A DNA stretch of 64,000 bases. It comes from Mobula hypostoma (taxonomy: Eukaryota). The position numbers and the translations under genes were made by a program. Shown piece after piece: positions 1 through 12,500 of the stretch. Position 1 is the first letter of the stretch. Each line of letters starts with the position of its first letter. The stretch spans positions 50,966,001 to 51,030,000 of the forward strand of contig NC_086108.1 in the NCBI RefSeq assembly GCF_963921235.1, read 5' to 3'. The notes under the pieces are model-generated. The model was not told where the DNA came from and ran no database searches. It worked only from the letters and a program-made list of their open reading frames with translations.

Positions 1-563
1 CAAGGATCCATATAACCATTTTGTTGTATAAACATCAAGAAGGCCATTGCCATACCAGAAAATGTTCCCCTAGAGCTAGACCTATCAAGCAGTGGGTCAA
101 TAGCACAGTTCAAATCTCCTGAAAAGATTGGCTGGTGTGTATTCAGGTTAGGTATTAATGACAAAACCTTATTTGCAAAGTGGACGTCATCCCAGTTAGG
201 GGCATAAACATTTATCAAAATGACAGGTATCTGAAAGAGAGATCCAGAGACTATAATAAAGTGACCATTAGGGTCACTGATTACATCAGATGGTGTAAAC
301 TGCATTCTTTTGGTGATTAGAATTGCCACCCCCCTGGACCTGCTATTAAATCTGGAATGAAAAACCTGACTAATCCATGCTTTACGAAGTCTATTATGGT
401 CTTCCACTCTTAAATGTGTGTCTTGTAAAAACAGTATATCTGCTTTTAATTGTTTCAGATGAGAGAAAACTTTAGCTCTTTTAACAGGACCATTGAGCTC
501 CTTTACATTCCAAGAAATAAACCTCACAGGGTGGCCTCCGTCAGCAGCACTCATGTTAACCAT
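1..563 (-). CDS. L1 ORF2p N-terminal AP-like endonuclease (partial, runs off window)
   Basis: Manual translation from ATG at 563: MVNMSAADGGHPVRFISWNVKELNGPVKR...FLQDTH...SRGVAIL...NVYAPN...GDLN; no stop before the window edge, so absent from the ORF track. Confidence 0.88.
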   Translation of the reverse strand, partial: MVNMSAADGGHPVRFISWNVKELNGPVKRAKVFSHLKQLKADILFLQDTHLRVEDHNRLRKAWISQVFHSRFNSRSRGVAILITKRMQFTPSDVISDPNGHFIIVSGSLFQIPVILINVYAPNWDDVHFANKVLSLIPNLNTHQPIFSGDLNCAIDPLLDRSSSRGTFSGMAMAFLMFIQQNGYMDP

Positions 564-1054
564 ATCAAAAGACACACAGGGCCTACAATCCAAAACAGTG
601 CGAGGGCACAAGTTGCACACAATAATGCACAGTGAAAGGAAAGTCTGACCAATCCGTAACACACAAAAGAATAAGCTGCCATGGTAATCCCCCAAAACGC
701 TCCCCCCACCCCTTTACACAAACGACAAAAAAACTCAATTAACCCCCGAAACCTAGATCTACCTCCCAACTGAGGATGATTGCAGGCATTACCAAACAAA
801 AAACTTCCAAAGCATTCGCCATACAACCAAACTTTCAATCTGATCTAGGGTGGCTCCCCTCCTTAAAATTTATTCCATCACTTATTCTACCTTTAATATA
901 TATAGGCTAAAGATGACACAGGCCAAGCATTAAAAACAAAAAAAAAACTAGGAAACTAAACGCCAGAGATACAAATCCCAAATATTTACATTTTTCTGGT
1001 TGAAAGTTTTTGTTAATCAGATTCCGCAGCACAGCAGTTCGACCTGATCATGTT

Positions 1055-2077
1055 TTACAAACTAAACTGGAAAAAATGAACAAAGAAGTGGATTGCGAAA
1101 ATTAACAGTTTGTCTCGGCATGAGGCCCCTTCCATGCTGCATGAATAACCTAAAAAAAGTAATTGCTCTTCTCGTTCTTCTTCTCCCCAGCGCGAATGGT
1201 AAAACTCTTTGGCCACCTCTGGTGTATGGAAATAATGCTTTCTACCTTCATGCACGACCCGGAGCTGGGCAGGATACAAGAGGCCGAACCTGACCCCTTT
1301 CCCGTAAAGCAGGGATTTCACCTCTTTGAAAGCTGCTCGTTTTCTCCCCAGCTCCGCACTAAAATCTTCATGAAAAAACATACGATGTCCACGGAAATAC
1401 AGCTCCTGCTTCTGTCTATTGATGATGCGTTGCTTATCTTGAAAGAAGTGAAAGAGAACCAGGAACGTTCTTGGTCTCGTTTGCTTGGCTTCAGAGACAC
1501 TGGATGGTTTAGGCCCGAGTCGGTGAGTACACGAAAGTACGAGAGGACTTGGGAAGAAATTTGTCCCCAGCACTTCGTCAAAAAACTCGGTCATAAATTT
1601 AACAGGGTCCAAACCTTCCAAATTTTCAGGAATGCCGACCACTCTCAAATTGGATCTCTGTGACCGATTTTTCAGGTCATCTAGCTTTCCCTTCAGAAAT
1701 GCATTTTCGCTCTGCAATCCTGCAATGGCGGCTTCGGCGCTCATCAGTCGGTCACTGCAATCATTCAGGTCATCTTCAACCTCACAAATGCGTTCGTCGC
1801 ACGACTTGTAATAAGACATAATTTGTTCCATGGTAGCATTCACTGGTGACAAAGCATCTTCAAGTTCTCTTTTTAGGGCAGAATGCACCGCTTGCGTCAT
1901 GTCAGTAAGAAGTACCAAACGAAGCCTTTCCAATTCATTGGGCAGTGCAGGTCCAGGTCCAGCAGCGTGCAACGGAGCCATTACTGTAACATCAGCTTTC
2001 TTGCTCGAGGCTTCACTATCTTGTTCCCCAGTTGTACTTCGAAGGTACATTTTATTTGCCATTTCAGTGTCCAGCAA
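1055..2077 (-). CDS. L1 ORF1p (Transposase_22-type RNA-binding protein)
   Basis: 340-aa ORF; DLKNRSQRSNLRVVGIPE, HRLG, PRTFLVLF, FHEDFSAELGRKR, LLYPAQLRV motifs. Confidence 0.88.
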   Translation of the reverse strand: MLDTEMANKMYLRSTTGEQDSEASSKKADVTVMAPLHAAGPGPALPNELERLRLVLLTDMTQAVHSALKRELEDALSPVNATMEQIMSYYKSCDERICEVEDDLNDCSDRLMSAEAAIAGLQSENAFLKGKLDDLKNRSQRSNLRVVGIPENLEGLDPVKFMTEFFDEVLGTNFFPSPLVLSCTHRLGPKPSSVSEAKQTRPRTFLVLFHFFQDKQRIINRQKQELYFRGHRMFFHEDFSAELGRKRAAFKEVKSLLYGKGVRFGLLYPAQLRVVHEGRKHYFHTPEVAKEFYHSRWGEEEREEQLLFLGYSCSMEGASCRDKLLIFAIHFFVHFFQFSL

Positions 2078-2214
2078 CGTCCCGGGTTGTTCACAATGTT
2101 AAATATTCAGTTATCTCGAGCATACGGCAAAGACAAACAGGTAGAATTTCAATAAAAATCGGGAGCCACACTAACACGCACCCACTCACTCCATGCTCAA
2201 CCCAGAAGTCCAAT

Positions 2215-2992
2215 CCTAAGAACTTTCTAAAGGGGCACAATTGAGAGCATCCTGACTGGTATGGGAATTGTACCTCCTTACTCTGCAGAGAGTGGTGCGG
2301 ACAGCCCAGCAAATCTGTAGATGTAAACTTCCCACTATTCAGGACATTTACAAAGACAGGTATGTATAAAGGGCCAGAAGGATCATTGAGGACCTGAGTC
2401 ACCCCAACCACAAACTGTTCCAGCTGCTACCATCTGGGAAACGGTACCACAGCATAAAAGCCAGGACCTACAGGCTCTGGGACAGCTTCTTCCACCAGGC
2501 CATCAGACGGCTTAACTCATGCTGACATAACTGTACTTCTATGTTATATTGACTATTCTGTTGTACATACTATTATAAATTACTATAAATTGCACATTTA
2601 GATGGCAACATAACGTAAAGATTTTTACTCCTCATGTATATGAAGGGTGTAATAAAAATTCGGGCATGTGGCCAAGTGGTTAAGGCGTTTGACTAGCGAT
2701 CTGAAGGTTGTGAGTTCGAGCCCCAGCCAAGGCAGCGTGTTGCGTCCTTGAGCAAAGCACTTAATCACACGGTGCTCTGCGACGACACTGGTGCCAAGCT
2801 GTATGGGTCCTAATGCCCTTCCCTTGGACAACATCGGTGTCGTGGAGAGGGGAGACTTGCAGCATGGGCAACTGCTGGTCTTCCATACAACCTTGCCCAG
2901 GCCTGCGCCCTGGAGAGTGAAGATTTTCTAGGTGCAGATCCATGGTCTCGCAAGACTAACGGATGCCTTAAATAAAGTCAATTCAATTAATT
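2215..2992 (+). mobile_element. Rex1/Babar-type LINE 3' end, interrupted by a SINE
   Basis: ESILTG / LQRVVRTAQ / LLPSGKRY-type coding remnant, 3'UTR and aataaagtcaattcaatt tail. Confidence 0.7.
2661..2970 (+). mobile_element. tRNA-derived SINE
   Basis: Pol III A box TGGCCAAGTGG and B box GTTCGAGCC; aataaa on both sides (probable TSD). Confidence 0.85.
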
Positions 2993-3009
2993 TTTTTTTT
3001 TTTTTAAAT

Positions 3010-4617
3010 CAGTCTTCACTGTGGAAGACACTAACAGTGTGCCAGATATTGTAGTGTGTGAAGGAAGAGAAGTGGGTGCAGTTACTATTACAAGGGAGAA
3101 GGCACTCAAAAAGCAGAAAGACTGAAATGTGCATAGTCACCCAGACCAGAACAACTGCACCCTAGGGTTCTGAAAGTGGTAGTAGTAGAGACTGTGGAGA
3201 TATTAGCAATGATCTTTCAGGAATCTCTGGACTCTAGTATGGTTCTAGAGGACTGGAAATTATAGACCAGATAGCCTGACCACAGTGGTTGGGAAGATGC
3301 CGGAGTCAACTGTTAAGGATGAGGTTTTGGAGTATTTGGTGACACAGGACACAATAGGATGAAATCAACATGGTTTCCTTAAGAAAAAAGGAATCCTTTG
3401 AGGAGATTACAAGTAGGATAGATAAAGGGAAATGAAGTGGATGTTGTATATTTAGATTTTCAGAAAGCCTTTGACAAGGTGCCACACGAGGTTGCTTACC
3501 AAGTTAAAAGCTCATAGTATTACAGGAAAGTTACTAGCATGGTTAGAGCACTGGCTGATTGGTAGGAGGCAGTGAATAAAAGGATCCTTTTCTGGTTGGC
3601 TGCCAGTGACTAGTGGTGTTCACCAGGGGTTGGTGTTAGGATTGCTTCTTTTTATGTGGTATATCAGTGACTTAGATGATGGATTAGATGGCTTTGTTGC
3701 CACATTTGTGATGATACGAAGATTGGGGTGGGGCAGGTAGTGTTGAGGAAACAGGTAGACTGCAGGAGGACTTGGACAGATTAGGAAAATGGGCAAGGAA
3801 TTGGCAAATGAAACACAATGTTGGAAAATGAATGGTCATGCACTGTGTTAGAAGAAATAAACGTGCAGAATATTTTCTAAACGGAAAGAAAGTCTAAAAA
3901 TCTGAGATGTAAAGGGGCTTGGGAGTCTTTGGGCAGATCACCCTAAAGGTTAACTTGCAGGTTTAGTCAGTAGTGAAGAAGGAAAATGTAATGTTAGAAT
4001 TCATTGCAAGAGGTCTAGAATGTAAGAAGAGGGATGTGACGCTGAGGCTTTATAAGGCACTGGTGAGGCCTCACCTTGAGTACAGTGAACAGTTTTGGGC
4101 TCCTCATCTGAGAAAAGATGGCATTGGAGATGGTTCAGAGGAGGTTCACACGGATGATTCCAGGAATGAGAGGGTTATCATAAGAGGAACATTTGATGGC
4201 TCTGGGCCTGTAATCACTGGAATTTAGAAGGTTGAGGAGTGATCTCATTAAAACCTTTTGAATGTTGAAAGTCCTAGACAGAGTAGAGGTGGAAAGGATG
4301 TTTTCCCTGGTGGGGGAGTCTAGGACAAGAGGGCACAGCCTCAGGATAGAGGGGCATCCATTTAAAACAGATGCGGAGAAATTTCTTCTGCCAGAATCTG
4401 TGGAATTTATTACTAGAAGCAGCTGTGGAGGCCAGGTCATTGGGTGTATTTAAGGAGGAGATTGATAGGTTCTTGATTGGGAACGGCATCCAAGGTTACG
4501 GGAAGAAGGCTGGTCAGTGGGGCTATGGAAGGAGAAAAAAAGATCAGCCATGCTTGAATGGTGGAGCAGACTTGATGCGCCAAATGGCCTAATTCTGCTC
4601 CTATGTCTTATGGTCTA
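3010..4617 (+). mobile_element. CR1 LINE, 5'-truncated, degraded
   Basis: RT remnants (YLDFQKAFDKV, LYKALVRPHLEY, SRTRGHSL) and CR1 tail cctaattctgctcctatgtcttatgg. Confidence 0.88.
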
Positions 4618-6507
4618 ATTTGTATGCCAGACAGAGGTCAAAACATTTCGTTTGTGTTTCATTTGGCAAGCTGCCTAACAAGTCGGAGTCATGAAGCACT
4701 GCAGCACAGAATCAAGTCCTTCAACCTATCCAGTCTGTGCCAACTATTATTCTGCCAAGTTAGACCAAGTTGTCCACGGACCATATGCCATTTGGCACTC
4801 CAGAACAATGCAGTTTAATGTTACACTTTCCCTGACCCTCCAATCACCTTGTGGACTTAAATCTTTGCTCCTCCTATGGCCCCAAAGCTGATTACTCAAT
4901 AAACAAATCCTCTAATTACTAAATTCCCACACTCTTGGATAATCCTGTTAACCATCCCAAAGAATCTGTCACCCCCATGCTGGCCAAACTAACCTTTTCC
5001 TCATTTCCCAACCCCTGGTTCATCCTTTGGTCAACACTCACTCTTTCCTAGAGCCCAGGACCCAATTCACAAGTGCACAACAGGATTCAGCTACACAGAC
5101 TAAGTCTCTATCCTTTGATGGCTAACACACTTCCACCTCTTCATCTCATACTCCATTTCCTTGAAACAGCTTATCCGACAGTCCCTTGACCCAGATTCTC
5201 AGGTGCCCAAGTTCATTCCAATACTCTGAGTTAGGAGATTTTCCTCTGTAATCTCTTAGATGGGCATTTTTATCTGTCTGCTCCAGAAAGAATAAAGGAA
5301 ATTGTTCAATTATGGTTCATTGCTGCGCGAGGCCCTTCTTGCATCAGTAGACCACCACTGAAAAACTCATTATCACTGCAAAATGATTTATTATCTATAA
5401 AAATGCACCTCAACTTTTAGGATCTGATTGAAGCCAGTAGAAATAAATTTTGGTAGCAGAGAACAAAGCTTTATTACTACCATAAAGAATGTTTAGCACT
5501 TTGAGGTCCTCACCTTCAATAAATAATGCATAATTGGTTTAAATCTGCAGTCAGCAGCAAGCAAGTGCTAGAAGATCAAGAGGACTACAATTCATCAGGA
5601 AAAGTAGTGTATATTGCTCTTTAAGTGTCATTATAACTCACTTGTTGACATTAAAATTAAGCAGTTATAATGCAAACAGTAAATTTTTGATCGCTGAACA
5701 TATACACGAATATTTGTTTGACACACCCATTAAAGTACATGGATAAAATCTAATACTGCAGTAGTCAGACTGATGTCAAGTATCCCATTAAGCTCTAGGA
5801 AACACTGATGTCTAGGAAGAGAGGTTGGGAACCACAGCACAAAGAAGCACGATGAAATGTCACAGCATCGACACCTGGTCAGTATAACTAGGACAGCTTT
5901 ATAGCCCTGTGGACCAACTCACTGTAAAATCCTACTGTGAATTATACAAATGATAGATGAAATAACTGGTTGAAGTAACTGTGAAAAGGGCAATTTGGTT
6001 AGTTATAAAAAGCACGAACATCCTGATAATTAAGGAACCAAATGGTTGAAGTAATTACTGGATACCACCAGCAGAAATCTGAAATTAAAGAAACATGAAA
6101 TTATAGCAGCAAAAATTGGAATAAAGAACTAAGCAATGACTATGCAAAGAAAAGTTTAAAAAGGTTTCCTTATGAGATGAATAGCAAAAGTGACTCAGGA
6201 AATCAATCAATGAAGCAGACCCCTGAGTCAGGGACTCATAGAAGAACTCACCAAGAATGAATCCCAGATAGTTCATCTAGAATGGGAAATATCTCAACAC
6301 AAAAAAGATGTGAATCTAAATAAGTAATGAGTTATATAGAAGCTATATAATTAATCTTTGAGTTCTATGAATCATTCACAATGAATAGAGAAGTATAATT
6401 GTAAGGCAAAGTCATTGTTTGTTATGTTTTATACGTACTGTATTTTATTGGTAAAATACTTTCATTACCACAGCACAGATGTGTGCAATGGCTAAGCAGT
6501 CACTTAC

Positions 6508-6589
6508 CGGTATTTCTGTTTAAAATTTGATCCTCAAATACCATTTCACAGCGAACAAACACAGTGTTCAGTACATCTCTTTTCAGTGA
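6508..6589 (-). CDS. ODR4: ODR4 coding exon 10 ([27 protein letters not shown])
   Basis: Acceptor cttttcttcag, donor CCG/gtaagt; 82 nt. Confidence 0.93.
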
Positions 6590-9500
6590 CTGAAGAAAAG
6601 ATTGCTTTAATTAGTTATTAGTTCGGATGGTACTAAAAGTATACAATTTTACATTAATTACATATTATCCTGCGCTTAAACCTAATTAAATGACAAACTT
6701 TGTATTACAAATGAACACTTAACTCAGTCTTCCACCTCCAAAGTAATCAATAGTTAAGGATTGGAGACAAAGTATATTAAGTTAACTAGAAATGTGCTTT
6801 AAAAATAAAGTAATGCAGAAGTTAAATACCAGGTTTTGCAGTTGAAGTTGGTTGAAAATATTTTGATAATTAAGTGTGAATATTTTGATGCAGTAACTGA
6901 AAATTAGGCTATGTCCACACTAGACCGTATAAATCCGTAACCGCAGCTTTTTCTCTTCGTTTTGACCCTCCGTCCACACTGAAACACCGTATTCCTACCC
7001 TGAAAACAGAGCTTTTCTAAAACGCTCTCCAGAGTGTGTAAATCTCAAAACACCGGTTGGGCTGTGTAGTGTGTATGGGGTAACCAGAGCTTTTTAAAAA
7101 TGCTGTCATGACGTGCCGTAACAGATGGTGGCAGCAGGACTGCATTTCATTGTTTTCTTGAACGCAACCTCCAACGCCAGAACAACAATGGCCGACGGCT
7201 TCATGCATGTATTGTTTACTTTACTGTCTACATTAATAGCTGCTTTTTCCAGCAGAGGTTTTCTTTGGATTCCTCGAAGACATTGTTGAAAACTTTCTTT
7301 TGCTGTTGTTGTAGGTATTCTAGTTTTTGACCAAAGGAAATAGCACGACACTGCCGCAGAAACGGAAATAGTATACCATTTCCTCTTCGCTTGTTTTCTG
7401 TAGATGTGTCCTGCGCATGGAGGAGATTCGCCCAAATACCCATTCTAATGTGGACGGAGGTATTTTCAAAATCGCCTGGTGTGGGCGCCTATCATTTTTA
7501 TGCGAAACTGGCGTTTTCAAAATTATCCGGTCTAGTGTGGACGTAGAATAAAACTAAGAACCAAAGTCAATAAAAACAAACTTTTTGGATACCCACATTT
7601 TAAAGGAAGAAATGAAATCCACTGCTGATGTTGAATAATGTCTTAAAAAGTTCATAATCTTTAATATTTTTGCAAGTCCATCTAATGATACCATTGAAAT
7701 GGTAGACAGTAAATCACTTTCGAGGTTTAGATGCAGATTCCATATCAGATGTTTTAGGATGCAATATTTACACAGGACTTGAGCCAATATAATCCATTCT
7801 GCTGATTTCACACCCTTCTGTTATATTTATTCCACAAGGAATGTACCTCAGGTCTGTAATCTTACTGGAAAGTAATCTGTGCACCTAACCTGGATTGTCA
7901 TTCCACTGGTTGTATTTTGAATCGATCCAAGGCCATTAAATTGAAATGAAACTGAATTTGATGACAGAAGAGTTTCACTCTGGTATTTGGGAAAGGGAGA
8001 ACAACTCATCTGATAAATCAACACTTTGGGAATGACATCTCTGAATATGCTCCTATGTACTCAGGCATATTCAGAAATTTACAGTGAGGTATTTATCAAA
8101 GTACTAACATCTCAAAAACACATCTCATTTAATTCGGAAGAGCACTTAAAAAACTGCCCCTGTTAAGCACTGCACTTTACAGGGAAATGTTACAGTGGAC
8201 ACATTTAAAAAGACTTAAGTTTATATCTATTGAGAAATTATCCTCGGCTTTCTCCGTGCAATAAATTACAATTAGATTTTTACAAACCTCAAAACTGTAA
8301 TTATTCTAGAGTAGGGGTTCCAAACCTTTTTAATGCCATGGACCAATACCATTAAGCAAGAGGTCTGTGGACCCCCGAGTTGGGAACCTCTGTTCTAGAG
8401 ATAGAAAGAAAATACATATGGAGCTCAGAATTTGAAGTTCTTCACTGTCTGCCACTCAAAGGAAAAAAATACTTTCCTGTTTATTTTGTATCTTTGTTGG
8501 AAGTATTTCAGTTGAGAATGAAAATCTTTTAATCACTTTGCTCAAAGTAAAAATCATACCTGGATGGCATCTTTCACTTTTGTTTTATTGCCATGAAGAT
8601 AAGCTCTACAGTGCACAGTACCCTTCACAGAAAGAGAGCTACCACAGCTTTCTATAATAGCTGAAGTATCTTCTGGAGAGGTAGGAACCTTAAAAGTATA
8701 AGATTTAAGGATTTAAAATATAATTTATACACAATGACATAGGTAAACATATTCAAAAGCAATAAATAACCAGATCAATCAACATGACTAGAAAGAGAAA
8801 ATATGGACAGTATCATTCATCAAAGATCGTGCAAAAGAAGATGAGAATAACACTTGGATTGTTCTTCAGTTCGATTGTGCTAGGCTGTCCACTGTTGCTA
8901 TTACTTTTCATTGTGAGAGATGGGCTTAATACCACAAAGACTTTCTCCTGGCTGCATTCAGGCTGCTATAATATTGTGCAGGTCACGGTAAACTGGGAGG
9001 TAGGTAGAAGGGAAAGCAGAAAATCTAAGATGTTTTAAGAGTGAGCCAAGAATTTGAAATTTGGAACTCAAGAGAACCATTCCTGTTCATTGCTATCCCA
9101 TAAAAACTGTTTCATAGTCTTTTTTTTGGGGTGGGGGGGAAGAATTCTTCCTCCCCACTATTCAAAACAATGCCCATTATTCAAATGTACACAGAATATT
9201 TTTATTTATGTATGTATGTATGTATTTGGCAATAGAGCATGGAGTAGGCCCTTCAAGCCACTCTGCCCGAGCAACCCCAATGTCCTTTAGGGGAGGAACC
9301 TTGCCATCCTTACCTGGTCTGGCCTATATGTCACACCAGACCCACAGCAACGTGGTTGACTCTAAAATGCCCTCTGAAATGGCCTAGCAAGCCATCCAGT
9401 TGTATAATAAGGAATGAACCCAGATGGACAATCTGGTATCGACCTAGGCGCTGGAAACGACAACAGCAAAATCAGCCATGTTGACCCTGCAAAGTCCTCC

Positions 9501-12500
9501 TTACTTATATCTGGGGACTTATGCCAAAGTTGCCAAGACTAGTCAAGCAACAGTCTGGCATAGTTGTACTGAGAGAATCATACCTTACAGTTAACATTCT
9601 AGACTCCAGCATCGCCATTCCTGGGTATGTACTGTCTCACCGGCAAGACAAACCTAGCAGAGGTGGTGGCACAGTGGTATACAGTAGAGAGAGAGTTGTT
9701 CTGGCAACTCTTAACATTGACTCTGGACCCCATGAAGTCTCATGGCTTCAGGTTAAACATGGGCAAGGAAACCTCCTGCGTTTACAACGTACTGTCCTCC
9801 CTCAGCTGATGAATCAGAGGAAGCATTGAGGGTGGCAAGGGCACAGAATGTACTCTGGATGGAGGACTTCAATGACCATCACCAAGAGAGGCTCAGTAGT
9901 ACCACCACAGACCGAGCTGGACTGGTCCTACTGGACATACCTACAAGACTGGGACTACAACAGGTGGTGAGGGAACCAACAAGAGGGAAAAACACACTTG
10001 ACCTCATTCTCACTAACTTGCCTGCCGCGGAAGTATCTGTTGACAGTGACCACCACACAGTATTTGTGGAGACTAAATCCTGTCTCCACATTGAAATGGT
10101 ACTACCGAGCCTTTCTTGGTGATGGTCATTGAAGTCCCCTATCCTGTGCCCTTGCCACCCTCCACCGCATTGTGTGGCACTACCACCGTGCTAAATGGGA
10201 CAGACCGAACAAATCTAAACAGCCTAAGACTAGGCATCTATGAAGTGCTTTTGGCCATCAGTAGCAGCAGAATTGTACTCAACTACAATCTGTAACCTGC
10301 TGGCCTGGCACATCTCCCACTCTAACATTACCACCAGGCCAGGGTTCAATGGAGAGTGCACGAGGGCATGCCGAGAACAACACCAGGCATACTTCAATAA
10401 TGGATCAGATCTAAGCTCTGTACTCCTGCAACATCCAACCGTGAATGGTGGTGGACAATAAAACAACTCACTGGAGGATGAGGTTCCACAAATATACTCA
10501 TCCTCAATGATAGAGGAACCCAGCACACCTGTGCAAAGGCTGAGGCATTTACAACAATCTTCAGTCAGAAGTGCCGAGTAGATGATCCAGCTCGGCCTCC
10601 TCCAAAAGTCCCCAGCATCCCAGATGTCAATATGCAGCCAATCAGATTCACTCCCCGTGATATCAAGAAACCATTGAAAGCACTGCATACTGTGAAGGCT
10701 ATGGGTGCAGGCAAAGTCTTGGCAATAGTCCTAAAGACTTGTGCTCCAGAACTTGCTGCGCCACTTGCCAAGCTGTTCCAGTACAGCTGCAACACCGGCA
10801 TCTGCCCGGCAATGTGGAAAATTGCCCAGGTATGTCCTGTACACAAGAAACAGGACAATTCCAACCCAGCCAATTACTACACTATCGGCCTACTCTCAAT
10901 CATCAGCAAAGTAATGGAAGGGGGTCATCAACAGTCCTATCTTGCAGCAGCTACTTGGCAATAACCTGCTTACAGATACCCAGTCTGGGTTCCGTCAGGC
11001 CACTCAGCTCCTGAACCTCATCATCTCCTTGGACCAAAGAGCTAGATACCAGAGGTGAGGTGAGAATGATAGCCCTCGACATCAAGGCAGTCTTTGAGTA
11101 TGGCATCAAGGTGCCCTAGCTAAAATGGAGTCAGTGGGAATTAGGGGGAAAACCCTCGGCTGGTTGGAACCACACCTGACACAACGGAAGATGATTATAG
11201 AGGTTGGAGGTCAATCATCTAATCCTCAGGATCTCACTGCAGGAGTTTTTCAGGGAAGTGTCCTCGGACCAACCAACTTCAGTTGCTTCATCAATGATCT
11301 TCCTTCCATCATAAGGTCAGATGTGGGGATGTTTGCAGATGACCGCACAACATTCTGCACCATTTGTGACTCCTCAGATAGTGAAGAAGTTCATACCCCA
11401 ATGCAGTAGGACCTGGACAACATCCAGACTTGGGCTGACAAGTGGCAAGTAACGTTCGAGGTACGCAAGTGGCAGCCAATGACCATCTCCAACAAGAGAG
11501 GCTTTAACCATTGTCCCGTGACACTCAGTGGCATCAGCATCACTGAATTCCAGTCCTATCAACATTCGAGGAGTTACCATTGAGAGGAAACTGAAATGGT
11601 CTAGCCATATAAACACCACTGCTACCAGGGCAGGTAAAAGGCTAGGAATCCTGCAGTGTGTAACTCACCTTCTGACTCCCCAAAGCCTGTCCACCATCTA
11701 CAAGGCTCAGGTCAGGAGTGTAATGGAATAGTCGGCACTCGACTAGATGAGTGCAGCTCCATCAACACTCAAGAAGCTTGACACCATCCAGTACAAGGCA
11801 GCCCACTCGATTGGTATCCCTTCCACGAGCATCCAAACCCTCCACCACTGACGAACAGTTGCAGCAGTGTGTACTATCTACAAGATGCACTGCAACAACA
11901 CACCAAAGTTCCTAAAGCCGCACCTTCCAGACCCATGACCACTACCATCTAGGACAAGAACAGCAGATACCTGGGAACACCACATCTTGGAAGTTTCTCT
12001 CCAAGTCACTCACCACCTTGATTTGGAAACATATCGCCGTTCCTTCATTGTTTCTGGGTCAAAATCATGGAATTGCCTTCTTAACCGCACTGTTGGTGTA
12101 CCTACACCTTAGGGATGACAGCAGCTCAAGAAGGCAGCTCATTTCCATCTTCTCAAGGGCAACTAGGGATGGGCAATAAATGCCTAGTTAGCTGGCAATG
12201 CTCACATCCCCTGAATTAATAAATTAAAAACTGAACTTTGAACTGCCCTGAGCTATAATAGCATTGTGCCAACCGCTATGCTACCATGGCACCGTACACT
12301 CAACTCTTCTGATTAAATCACAGAGTTCTGACCTATATATTATAATAAAACTCCCACCTGGTTAGTTTGGGCCCCAGTAAACATGACAGCAGATTTAAAA
12401 ACAAAAGGGGAGTAAATCAATAAGAGATAGTCCTGACGAAGGGTCTCGGCCTGAAACGTCGACTGCGCCTCTTCCTATAGATGCTGCTTGGCCTGCTGCG

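Larger units (their letters stand above)
1..2200 (-). mobile_element. L1-clade LINE, 5' portion (5'UTR, ORF1, spacer, start of ORF2)
   Basis: ORF1 with coiled coil plus RRSNLRVVGIPE-like and F.EDFS....KR motifs; downstream APE endonuclease frame. Confidence 0.9.

Noticed and set aside
2661..2735. tRNA-like sequence
   Set aside because: Continues into a SINE body with flanking duplication; it is a SINE head, not a tRNA gene.
5514..5545. Possible micro-exon with AAG/gtgagg donor downstream of exon 10
   Set aside because: Contains an in-frame TGA in the required phase and lacks the expected LP.RVF...CDY sequence.
7597..7817. Open minus-strand frame (ORF 7554-7811) with possible AG/GT ends between ODR4 exons 9 and 10
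   Set aside because: 221 nt would shift the frame; exons 9 and 10 already join seamlessly (DAIQ-SLKRD); weak pyrimidine tract and no recognisable homology.
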